In this document: positions 47,666 to 56,765 of the stretch, piece after piece | How the letters are laid out: each line of letters begins with the position of its first letter | Numbering within the stretch: the first letter of the stretch is position 1 | NCBI GenBank assembly: GCA_038063735.1 | Contig: JBBTUN010000005.1 | Span: 953 to 64,952, forward strand | DNA: 64,000 nt | Reading direction: 5' to 3' | DNA from: Patescibacteria group bacterium | GTDB taxonomy: Bacteria > Patescibacteriota > Microgenomatia > Curtissbacterales > GWA2-41-24 | Made by a program: the position numbers and the translations under genes | Notes under the pieces: generated by a model | Databases searched by the model: none | Told to the model about the DNA's origin: nothing | Seen by the model: only the letters and a program-made list of their open reading frames with translations

Positions 47666-49264
47666 ATGCTCCGGATTACAACTAAACCTCGACCGCTCGT
47701 CCTTTGTATTTTAGACGGCTGGGGTGTTGCAGATGCGGGTCAGGGTAACGCCATAACTCTGGCCAACCCCCAAAATTTTAACGACTTTTGGTTTTCATAC
47801 CCCCACACTTTATTAGTTGCCTCCGGCCAGGCGGTTGGTTTACCGGACGGTATTTTTGGCAATTCCGAAGTAGGACACATCAACTTAGGGGCGGGTCGCG
47901 TAGTCTTTCAGGATCTCCTGCGTCTTAACAATGCCATAGCAGATGGCACTTTTTTTGAGAACGAAGCATTTCTACAAGTACTGGATCATGTCAACAAAAA
48001 CGGCACGAACATTCATTTAATGGGGCTTGTGGGCCTGGGTGCAGTACACAGCGATATTAGCCACCTTTACTCCCTCCTGTCTTTTCTTCAAAGGAACAAA
48101 GTTTCCCCTTCTCGAATAAAACTACATTTGTTTACTGATGGTCGTGACAGCCCCCCAAATGCCTCCAAAGCTGTGATAGCCGGCCTTGAAGAAAAATTAG
48201 CTCGCGAGAATACCGGCCAAATAGCCTCAATAGGTGGCAGATACTACGGAATGGACCGTGATAACAGATGGGATAGAACAGAAAAAGCCTACATTGCAAT
48301 AACGGGCAAGGGTACAGAAAAAGAAAAAAGCGCGCAACTTGTAATTGATAAGTCCTATGCCGCCGGCGTTACCGATGAATTTATCATTCCGCACACTATT
48401 GTCGACGAATCCGGCGTGCCGATTGGACCTATCACCGAAAATGATGGTGTCATATTTTTTAACTACCGGCCGGACAGGGCAAGACAAATTAGTAAGGCTT
48501 TTGTCCTGGACAATCTATCCAACTTAAAAACTTCATCCGGTGAAAAAGTTCAGGGTTTTAACCGGGGCGCCAAAATCAAAAACCTATGCTTTGTTTCTCT
48601 GACAAGATATGAGCGTGATTTGCCAGTAAGCAAGGTTGCCTTTAGTCCGGAAGAGGTAACAATGCCAATTGCACGGATATTTTCAGAACGCAGCATGAAT
48701 CAATTGCATATCGCCGAAACAGAAAAATACGCGCACGTTACTTACTTTTTTAACGGCGGCCTGGAGCAGCCGTTCCCGGCAGAAGATAGAGTACTTATTA
48801 ATTCACAAAAAGTAGATTCATACACCCAGGCGCCGGAAATGTCAGCGCCTACAATAACAGAAAAATTAATTGCAAAAATTTATACTCAAAATTATGACTT
48901 TATAATCGTAAATTACGCAAACGCGGACATGGTTAGCCACAGTGGCAACATAGAAGCTACTGTCAGGGGAGTTCAAACTATAGATAAATGCTTAGGAATG
49001 CTTGCCAAAGCAGTTTTAAATGCCGGGGGAGGCATGATAATAACGGCCGATCATGGAAATGCCGAAGTTATGCTAAGGGTTGGTACAAACGAACCCGACA
49101 CCGAGCACAACATCAGCCCGGTACCTGTGCTATTTATATTTAACGACCTTAAAGGTCAAAACCTGCAATTACCTCAGGGGCTCTTGGCAGATATTGCCCC
49201 AACGATACTCAGCATTCTGCAAATTCCCAAGCCTTCGCAAATGACCGGCCGCAGCCTGCTTTAA
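47666..49264 (+). CDS. gpmI: 2,3-bisphosphoglycerate-independent phosphoglycerate mutase
   Basis: ILDGWG, GNSEVGH, DGRD, AETEKYAHVTYF, TADHGN. Confidence 0.97.
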   Translation: MLRITTKPRPLVLCILDGWGVADAGQGNAITLANPQNFNDFWFSYPHTLLVASGQAVGLPDGIFGNSEVGHINLGAGRVVFQDLLRLNNAIADGTFFENEAFLQVLDHVNKNGTNIHLMGLVGLGAVHSDISHLYSLLSFLQRNKVSPSRIKLHLFTDGRDSPPNASKAVIAGLEEKLARENTGQIASIGGRYYGMDRDNRWDRTEKAYIAITGKGTEKEKSAQLVIDKSYAAGVTDEFIIPHTIVDESGVPIGPITENDGVIFFNYRPDRARQISKAFVLDNLSNLKTSSGEKVQGFNRGAKIKNLCFVSLTRYERDLPVSKVAFSPEEVTMPIARIFSERSMNQLHIAETEKYAHVTYFFNGGLEQPFPAEDRVLINSQKVDSYTQAPEMSAPTITEKLIAKIYTQNYDFIIVNYANADMVSHSGNIEATVRGVQTIDKCLGMLAKAVLNAGGGMIITADHGNAEVMLRVGTNEPDTEHNISPVPVLFIFNDLKGQNLQLPQGLLADIAPTILSILQIPKPSQMTGRSLL

Positions 49265-49295
49265 ATTTCCAGGTTAAAATGTTTATAATCACTCA

Positions 49296-50008
49296 ATGGT
49301 TATTGAACATGCCGCCAGGACAGTGGATACAGCAGAAGGAATCACGCCAAGACAGCCACTCCTTTCGATGGTCGTGCTGGAACCTTTATTTTTAGGTCGT
49401 ACAATTTCAGAAGCAAACATACCCTTAATATTTCAAGGAAGAGAAACCAGCACCGAAAGGGAAGTCGTTTTAGAAGCAAAAGCCGGGGAAGACCAAGCGC
49501 AAGCATGTATTTATGTTGCTTACCATGACAGAGTCGCCCTTTATGTTCTTGCCAGAACAGGGCGCATAGAAACAGCTGAAGACCTAGCAGGGGATACCAT
49601 GGGCAAAGTGCTAAGTAGCGTTGGTGGCTTTGAATTTCGAGAAGGTATTGAGTTTTCATCTTGGGTTTTTAGAATTGCGCATAATCTCGTAGCAAGCTTC
49701 TACAGGAAAATGGGCAGACAAGGACAAGAATTACTCGTTCGCTTGCAGATGACGTGGATCACGAACATCTTACCGCCATGCACAAAGACGATATTGAACT
49801 GCAAGCTATCGGGAAATTACTATATGAATCTGCTGTCAGCAAAATAAAAGAGCTGCCGGAAAGGCAACGCCAGGCAGTACACTTAAGATTTGTGAAGGGC
49901 CTATCTGTAGCAAGAACAGCGGAAGAAATGGTAACAAACAAAGGAAATGTGAGAGCTCTTCAGCATAAAGGCATGGCTAGATTAAAAAAGTTTCTGATAG
50001 AACAGTAA
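49296..50008 (+). pseudogene. ECF sigma-70 factor split by a frameshift
   Basis: Region 2 (AEDL..DT, FSSWVFRIAHN) in 49296-49847; region 4 (LPERQRQAVHLRF..GLS...A..M....VRALQHK) in 49754-50008. Confidence 0.8.
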
Positions 50009-50009
50009 A

Positions 50010-50678
50010 CTACAGAACTATCACAAACTCGCCCTTTGGCGGGTGCTCTGCGAAGTGCTGGATAACAACAGTTACTTTTTGTCGCAAAACCTCTTCGTGC
50101 AATTTAGTAAGCTCCCGGCAAACGACAATATCAATGTCCCCGAAAATCTCATTTATCGCTTCTAAAGTTTTTAAAACCCTAAAAGGGGACTCATAAATAA
50201 TAAACGTGGTCTTTATGATCTCACCAACCTTTTTAATGTCTGCAAGTTGATTCCTGCGCTTGCCGTCTTTTTTAGATAAATAACCCACAAACATAAATTT
50301 ATCGGTGGGTTTGCCGGAAACCGTCAAAGCAGAGATTACAGCAGATGCTCCCGGTATTGCCGCAATCGTGATATTTTTAGAAGCCGCTTCTCTCACAAGC
50401 TTAAATCCCGGGTCCGAAATTAAGGGTGTTCCGGCATCGGAAACGAGTGCAATACACAGACCTTTTTCCAGGTCCCCCATCACAGAATTTATCACTCTCT
50501 CCTCGTTAAAATCATTAAAAACTACCATTTTTTTATGAATATCATATGCGCTAAGGAGTTTACCGGTAACTCTGGTGTCTTCGCACAAAATATAATCTAC
50601 ACTACCTAGCGTCTCAACGGCGCGATGTGTTATGTCCTTTAAATTACCAATGGGTGTGGATACAATGAAAAGAGGCAT
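50010..50678 (-). CDS. rsmI: 16S rRNA C1402 2'-O-methyltransferase
   Basis: TPIGNLKDIT.RA, CEDTR, SDAGTPLISDPG, RELTKLHEE; ATG 50678. Confidence 0.95.
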   Translation of the reverse strand: MPLFIVSTPIGNLKDITHRAVETLGSVDYILCEDTRVTGKLLSAYDIHKKMVVFNDFNEERVINSVMGDLEKGLCIALVSDAGTPLISDPGFKLVREAASKNITIAAIPGASAVISALTVSGKPTDKFMFVGYLSKKDGKRRNQLADIKKVGEIIKTTFIIYESPFRVLKTLEAINEIFGDIDIVVCRELTKLHEEVLRQKVTVVIQHFAEHPPKGEFVIVL

Positions 50679-50776
50679 ACTAACAGTGTATTGTATCTCG
50701 TTTATCATTTAATGTCTTTCTATGAAGTATGAACAATGAACTATCAACCACTAACCATTAACCATCGACTAGTTTA

Positions 50777-51409
50777 ATGATCACAGAAGCACTTATTAAT
50801 TTCGCGACAAATATAATCCAGTCGATGGGCTACCCCGGTATCTTCCTCCTAATGACTGCCGAGTCCATGTTCATTCCCTTTCCTTCGGAAATAACCATGA
50901 CATTTTCCGGTTTTTTGGTCAGCAGCGGCCATTTCAACTTTTTCCTGGTCGTACTATCTGGTGGTCTGGGTAACGTACTAGGTTCGTCAGTCGCTTATTA
51001 TCTTGGTCACAGCCTAAAGCACAAAGTTATTAATAAAATAATAGAAAAATATGGCAAATTTCTTTTTGTTACCAAAGAAGAATTCACAAGCACCGAATCC
51101 CTTTTTAAAAAACACGGCTCGTGGATCATCGTGGCCTCAAGATTTATCCCTGGCGTCAGGGCTATTATTTCTGTACCTGCCGGTGCAGCGCACATACCTT
51201 ATCCGTCATTTATCCTGTATACGGCTCTGGGTTCTTTAGCCTGGAGTTTTATTCTAGTCTATGCCGGTACTATTTTAGGATCCAATTGGCAAGTTGTACG
51301 CACACTACTTCACAAATTTGACACAATCATTTTGGTTGTAACTCCAGTATTGATAGCTGCCTACATTTGGCATAAATTCAGAAAAAACCTAAGTGTTCAA
51401 AAAACTTAA
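50777..51409 (+). CDS. DedA family membrane protein
   Basis: ES..IPFPSE, RFIPGVR..IS.PAG. Confidence 0.93.
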   Translation: MITEALINFATNIIQSMGYPGIFLLMTAESMFIPFPSEITMTFSGFLVSSGHFNFFLVVLSGGLGNVLGSSVAYYLGHSLKHKVINKIIEKYGKFLFVTKEEFTSTESLFKKHGSWIIVASRFIPGVRAIISVPAGAAHIPYPSFILYTALGSLAWSFILVYAGTILGSNWQVVRTLLHKFDTIILVVTPVLIAAYIWHKFRKNLSVQKT

Positions 51410-51472
51410 CTTCCGGTCAAACAATCAAATCTTTAGAAATCTGATAAGATTAATCTAGAAACGTACTTCACC

Positions 51473-52819
51473 ATGGTTAAGTTGCCTGATGAACCAATTG
51501 CCAAAGCAGAAAGAACTGAAACCTCGCGTCCTCCATTAAAGAAAAAGAGGGCTGGACGGCTCTTGCGGATTCTTGGTCCCGGAATCGTAACCGGTGCAGC
51601 CGATGACGATCCATCAGGCATAGCAACATATTCCCAGGCTGGTGCCCAGTTTGGCTTCAATTTGCCATGGACCATGCTGTTTACCTACCCCTTGATGACG
51701 GCAGTCCAGGAAGCTTGTGCACGTGTAGGAGCGGTAACGGGCAAAGGACTTGCTGCAGCTGTTCGTGACCATTATCCTAAGAAGGTACTATATCCTGTGG
51801 TTGCGCTTGTAGTAACAGCCAATACATTTAATATTGGCTCCGATATTGGTGCCATGGCAGCAAGCACCCGCTTACTTTTGCCAAATGTACCATTCGGTCT
51901 ATTGGCACTTGGTTTCGCTGTAATCATCTTGCTGCTAGAGGTTTTTGTTACCTATAAAACGTATATACGCCTCCTGAAATGGCTGGCAATGGCCCTCTTT
52001 GCATACTTTATTACCGCATTTTTGATTTCTGTACCGTGGGTAGAAGTATTAAAAGCAACTTTAGTGCCCCATCTCGAATGGAATAAAGATTTTCTCTTCA
52101 TTATCGTTGGCATCTTCGGTACGACCATTTCTCCGTACCTATTTTTCTGGGAAACTAGCAATATAGTTGAAGATGAGATATCCGAACATCGACTGGCAGA
52201 AAGTGGAGGCGTGCCTAAACTAACTAAGCCTTACCTAAAAAGGCTTCGGATTGATAATGCTGTTGGTATGCTATTCTCCAACGTAAGCGCCTGGTTTATT
52301 ATTGTGGTGGGTGCAGTGGTGCTAAACCAGGCAGGAGTGACAAACATAACCAGTGCAGCGGACGCTGCCAGGGCTCTTGAGCCGCTTGTGCACAGTTTCC
52401 CGAATGCAGGCTTTTTGGCCAAGTTAATCTTCTCTATTGGTGTAATAGGAATCGGACTTCAGAGCATACCGGTCCTGGCAGGTTCCTCGTCTTATGCTAT
52501 CGCGGAAACATTTAATTGGCGGGAAGGTCTTTTCCGCAAGTTTAAGCAAGCCCGTGAGTTCTATTTTGTAATCATTATCGGAACATTGGTTGGGTTGATG
52601 TTTAACTTTATTGGCTTCGACCCTATTAAAGCCCTGGTTTTGACAGCCGTTTTCAATGGGATAGCGGCAGTTCCGCTCATATTCCTTATAGCACGAATAT
52701 CGAGCAGGGAAGACATCATGGGAGAACATAAAAGCGGCATATGGTCTAAGCTGGGGCTTTGGATTACGTTTTCTGTCATGGGGATTTTTGCCATAGCACT
52801 ACTTACATCGTTTCTTTGA
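51473..52819 (+). CDS. NRAMP-family divalent metal transporter-related protein
   Basis: LGPGIVTGAADDDPSGIATYSQAGA, GTTISPYLFFW. Confidence 0.9.
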   Translation: MVKLPDEPIAKAERTETSRPPLKKKRAGRLLRILGPGIVTGAADDDPSGIATYSQAGAQFGFNLPWTMLFTYPLMTAVQEACARVGAVTGKGLAAAVRDHYPKKVLYPVVALVVTANTFNIGSDIGAMAASTRLLLPNVPFGLLALGFAVIILLLEVFVTYKTYIRLLKWLAMALFAYFITAFLISVPWVEVLKATLVPHLEWNKDFLFIIVGIFGTTISPYLFFWETSNIVEDEISEHRLAESGGVPKLTKPYLKRLRIDNAVGMLFSNVSAWFIIVVGAVVLNQAGVTNITSAADAARALEPLVHSFPNAGFLAKLIFSIGVIGIGLQSIPVLAGSSSYAIAETFNWREGLFRKFKQAREFYFVIIIGTLVGLMFNFIGFDPIKALVLTAVFNGIAAVPLIFLIARISSREDIMGEHKSGIWSKLGLWITFSVMGIFAIALLTSFL

Positions 52820-52898
52820 AAACTTTTAATTTACAACTACAACAATATCAACTTTTCCTAAAAGTTAAATGTCAAAATATTAAAGGAAAAAAAAGAAA

Positions 52899-53519
52899 TT
52901 AGTTCTGGTATCGCCTGATGACTCCAACACACTTACCTTGGATAGTTACGTTTTTAGTAATGATAGGCTGCATTGCGGGGTTTGCAGGCATCAACCTTAC
53001 CTGGTCTTTGTCTCTATAAAACCTCTTTAGTGTAACAACCCCATTTTCCATCATAGCAACGACAATATCGCCATTTCTCGCCTGATTTGTTTCCTCAATG
53101 ACTACAAAATCACCGTCCAGTATTCCGTCGTCTATCATGCTTTCGCCTTTAACTTGCAATACATAAGATTTTTTATTGGCAGAAACCATGTTTCCGGCAA
53201 CGGCAAATGTTGCTGTCGGGTCTGTGTATGGTTCAATTGGTGCACCGGCTGCAATAAAACCGGCAAGAGGTAGTTCAATACCTTTTACAATATTACCGAT
53301 CTTTTTATCAATTAACTCAATACTTCGTGCAAGGCCGTTTGATTTTTTAATAAGGCCCTTTTTCTCAAGTGCGCCTAGGTGCTCATGGACTGTTGCTAAA
53401 GATTTAACGCCAAGATACTTTGCAATTTCCGATAAAGTTGGAGCATGGCCATACTGGTCTATATAGCCGTTTAAAAAATCCAGAATCTCTCTTTGTCTTT
53501 TATAAATTACAACTGTCAT
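52899..53519 (-). CDS. lexA: SOS repressor LexA
   Basis: RQREIL, PTLSEIA, IAAG cleavage site, GESM (Ser), TLKR (Lys); ATG 53519. Confidence 0.97.
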   Translation of the reverse strand: MTVVIYKRQREILDFLNGYIDQYGHAPTLSEIAKYLGVKSLATVHEHLGALEKKGLIKKSNGLARSIELIDKKIGNIVKGIELPLAGFIAAGAPIEPYTDPTATFAVAGNMVSANKKSYVLQVKGESMIDDGILDGDFVVIEETNQARNGDIVVAMMENGVVTLKRFYRDKDQVRLMPANPAMQPIITKNVTIQGKCVGVIRRYQN

Positions 53520-53525
53520 GCGCTC

Positions 53526-53555
53526 AATATACCCCGAAGATAACCCGAATGTCAA
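53526..53555 (-). promoter_or_regulatory. lexA promoter with direct-repeat box TTCGG-N6-TTCGG
   Basis: TTGACA-N18-TATATT; CCGAA at 53534-53538 and 53545-53549 on the + strand. Confidence 0.85.
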
Positions 53556-53595
53556 GAGTATATAATCATTAAAAATGGGTTATAATGCAGTTTCT

Positions 53596-55593
53596 ATGAA
53601 ATTTAATCTTAAGTCCACCTACAAACCAACCGGCGACCAGCCAACCGCAATAGAAAAACTCGTCGAAGGGCTCGAAGAAGGCTTCAAACATCAGACATTA
53701 CTCGGAGTAACGGGCTCCGGTAAGACGTTCACGGTTGCCAACGTTATCCAAAAAGTCCAAAAGCCAACATTGGTTATCAGCCACAATAAAACCCTGGCAG
53801 CGCAACTCTACCAGGAACTCCACGAATTTTTTCCCCAAAACGCCGTCAGTTATTTCGTCTCTTACTACGATTATTACCAACCGGAGGCATATTTACCGTC
53901 GACAGACACATACATAGAGAAGGAAACCGAGGTTAACGAAGAAATAGACCGGCTGCGCCTGGCGGCCACCACAAACTTATCAACCCGAAACGACGTTATA
54001 GTTGTCGCCTCAGTCTCAGCGATATACAACTTAGGCTCTCCAAAGGAGTATAAAGACGCACGAGTTGATTTTAAAATCGGGGATACTTGGCCCCGAATAG
54101 ACTTGCTAAAAGCTTTCGCCAAGCTTCAATACGAAAGAAACGAAGTAGATTTTGCCCGCGGCACATACAGAGTCCGTGGGGAAAATATCGAAATATTGCC
54201 GGCATACGAAAATAATGGTCTAAGGTTTGGATTCTTGGGAGATAAAATAAACTCCATAGAAATTATCCACACGATAACAGGGGCAAATGTTAAGTCGTTA
54301 ACTCAAATTGCCCTATATCCTGCAAAACATTACGTTCTCTCGGATATTGGTCAGGAAGAAGGCATAAATTCAATAAAAGCGGAGCTGGAAACAAGGCTTA
54401 AAGAACTCAAAACACAAGGAAAAGACCTTGAGGCTCACAGACTCAAACAACGCACGAGTTACGACCTTGAAATGATCAAAACATTTGGTTACTGCAAGGG
54501 CATCGAAAATTATTCCCGTCACTTTGACGGCAGAAAACCCGGAGAAAAACCATTTTCGCTTCTTGAACACTTTCCCAAAGACTATTTAATGGTTATCGAC
54601 GAATCGCACATGACCGTGCCTCAAATCAATGGTATGTACAACGGAGACAGGGCTCGCAAGCAAATGCTCGTCGATTTTGGCTTCCGTTTGCCCAGTGCTT
54701 TTGACAACCGGCCCCTAAAGTTTGAAGAATTTTCCCGCCTTATTAACCAAGTTATATACACTTCGGCAACACCGGCGCAGTACGAATTAAAACTTTCCGA
54801 TCAGGTAGTAGAACAATTAATCCGCCCGACAGGACTAATTGACCCGCAAATTACAATCAAACCTTCCAGGGGGCAAATCGAAGATTTAATAGGGGAAATC
54901 GAAAAACGAGTGGCCAAACACCAGCGTGTTTTGGTGACCACCTTAACCAAAAGGATGGCAGAAGAGTTGTCTAATTATCTGGACGAAAAAGGGGTAAAAG
55001 TTACCTACCTTCACAGCGAAATACAAACGCTTGACAGAACCGACGTATTGGACGACTTAAGATTGGGTAATTATGACGTTTTAGTCGGCATTAATTTGCT
55101 GCGGGAAGGCCTGGACTTGCCGGAAGTTACCCTTGTTGCCATACTGGACGCCGATAAAGAAGGTTTCCTGCGCTCCGAAACGTCTTTAGTACAAACCATG
55201 GGACGTGCAGCGCGGCACGTGGAAGGGTCTGTGATACTTTACGCTGATAATATTACCGGTTCTATGCAGAGAGCAATTAAAGAGGTTGACAGAAGACGCT
55301 GGGCGCAAAAAACTTACAACAAAAAACACGGCATAACTCCAAAATCCATTGAAAAACCCATACGCGAAAAACTTGCCCAGCGCGAAAAAGAGGAAGAAAG
55401 GACTCAAATTGTTAAAGACGCTGTTTTGGCCAAAGTGATGGAAAGGGCAAGAGAAGGCTCGATTTTGCCGGACGACAAGAAACGAATGGTTAAGCTTTTG
55501 AACACCGAAATGAAAGACGCCGCACGCGTACTGGATTTTGAAAAAGCAGCCTATCTCCGCGACCAAATAATCACCCTAAAATCATCATCTTGA
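53596..55593 (+). CDS. uvrB: Excinuclease ABC subunit B
   Basis: GVTGSGKT, YYDYYQPEAY, DESH, QTMGRAAR; ATG 53596 preferred. Confidence 0.98.
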   Translation: MKFNLKSTYKPTGDQPTAIEKLVEGLEEGFKHQTLLGVTGSGKTFTVANVIQKVQKPTLVISHNKTLAAQLYQELHEFFPQNAVSYFVSYYDYYQPEAYLPSTDTYIEKETEVNEEIDRLRLAATTNLSTRNDVIVVASVSAIYNLGSPKEYKDARVDFKIGDTWPRIDLLKAFAKLQYERNEVDFARGTYRVRGENIEILPAYENNGLRFGFLGDKINSIEIIHTITGANVKSLTQIALYPAKHYVLSDIGQEEGINSIKAELETRLKELKTQGKDLEAHRLKQRTSYDLEMIKTFGYCKGIENYSRHFDGRKPGEKPFSLLEHFPKDYLMVIDESHMTVPQINGMYNGDRARKQMLVDFGFRLPSAFDNRPLKFEEFSRLINQVIYTSATPAQYELKLSDQVVEQLIRPTGLIDPQITIKPSRGQIEDLIGEIEKRVAKHQRVLVTTLTKRMAEELSNYLDEKGVKVTYLHSEIQTLDRTDVLDDLRLGNYDVLVGINLLREGLDLPEVTLVAILDADKEGFLRSETSLVQTMGRAARHVEGSVILYADNITGSMQRAIKEVDRRRWAQKTYNKKHGITPKSIEKPIREKLAQREKEEERTQIVKDAVLAKVMERAREGSILPDDKKRMVKLLNTEMKDAARVLDFEKAAYLRDQIITLKSSS

Positions 55594-55624
55594 AATAAAA
55601 ATTTAATCAAAGTATATTATCTCC

Positions 55625-55864
55625 ATGCTTTCTAAATCAGATATTAAAAATTTAATCGAGGTATTTGCAACTAAAGCAGAATTTCATAGTGAAATTAGCC
55701 AAATCCGAGAAGACATGGTAACAAAGGGTCATGTTAATAAAGTTATGGACAAACTCGACTCAGTCTTAACAGAAGTTAAAGATATTCGTCAGGAACAGCA
55801 AGCGCACTACTCTCAACATGACAGAATCGATACGCGACTCGATTTTTTTAGAAACAAGAGTTGA
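55625..55864 (+). CDS. Small coiled-coil hypothetical protein, possibly frameshifted at a T7 tract
   Basis: FATK.E, MVTK, LD.V..EV..IRQEQ; alternative frame continues LETRVDTIEQPA to 55886. Confidence 0.7.
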   Translation: MLSKSDIKNLIEVFATKAEFHSEISQIREDMVTKGHVNKVMDKLDSVLTEVKDIRQEQQAHYSQHDRIDTRLDFFRNKS

Positions 55865-56019
55865 TACAATAGAACAACCCGCATAAGTCCTATAACAAAC
55901 AACGATCAATCCGCCTTTCCGCGACCAAATCATTCTACTCAAATCAAGCCAAGCTTAAGGCACTACCTTCCACAAACAAAACATTTTAACTTTAAAAGTA
56001 AATTAGTTATACTTAACAT

Positions 56020-56709
56020 ATGGGTGCAGATGAAGGCAAAGAAATTCTATCGAGTGATATTAAAACGGCCGACAAGGCCGAGCCCACAATAATTAGGCAC
56101 CCGGATTCTGAAGCCTCATTGTCATACGACGAAAAAGTTGAAAAGGCAAAAGCCAGCCTCGATACTAAACTTAAAGAAATAGGGGAAAAATTTAACCACC
56201 CGGAGCTGGAAGGAACCGGCAATATTCATGCCATGATGCACATCCCCGAGGGGGTACCCATGGGGCACCACCTGCAAAGTTTTATTGACACTGTCACCGA
56301 CGGTTCTAGCGGTGCTCGAATAGTAAATATCGCCTACATTAGGGAAGAAGATCAAAGCGACCCCGAAGCATGGAATACGGCAACACTGGAACTAACAGGT
56401 GGCGCAGGCAGCTTAAATCAAGGCGCTGGCGACTATGGCTCTGAACCTTTCGGTTTTATAGATCATTTTGCAGAAAGAGCTTACGAGTTAACATACGAAA
56501 AAGGTGCATTCTTTCGCACAGGGCGCAAAGTTATGAAAATGCCCGAAACAGACCTTGAACAGGCAGAGTGGAATTTAGAAGTTTCTGAGGCTGATGAAAC
56601 CAGTAAATTTGCAACCCCGCAAGAACTTGAAGATCTAGAGAAACTCCTTAGCTTTGCAACCGATCGGCCACCTGGACAAGATCCTGAATTGGGTAAAGTA
56701 CCCGTTTAA
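56020..56709 (+). CDS. Hypothetical acidic protein
   Basis: 229-aa ORF with its own TATACT 6 nt upstream. Confidence 0.65.
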   Translation: MGADEGKEILSSDIKTADKAEPTIIRHPDSEASLSYDEKVEKAKASLDTKLKEIGEKFNHPELEGTGNIHAMMHIPEGVPMGHHLQSFIDTVTDGSSGARIVNIAYIREEDQSDPEAWNTATLELTGGAGSLNQGAGDYGSEPFGFIDHFAERAYELTYEKGAFFRTGRKVMKMPETDLEQAEWNLEVSEADETSKFATPQELEDLEKLLSFATDRPPGQDPELGKVPV

Positions 56710-56765
56710 CACTCCCTATACTCTGGAATAATCTCCCCCAAAGTGATAAAATATTCGTTTCTTCC

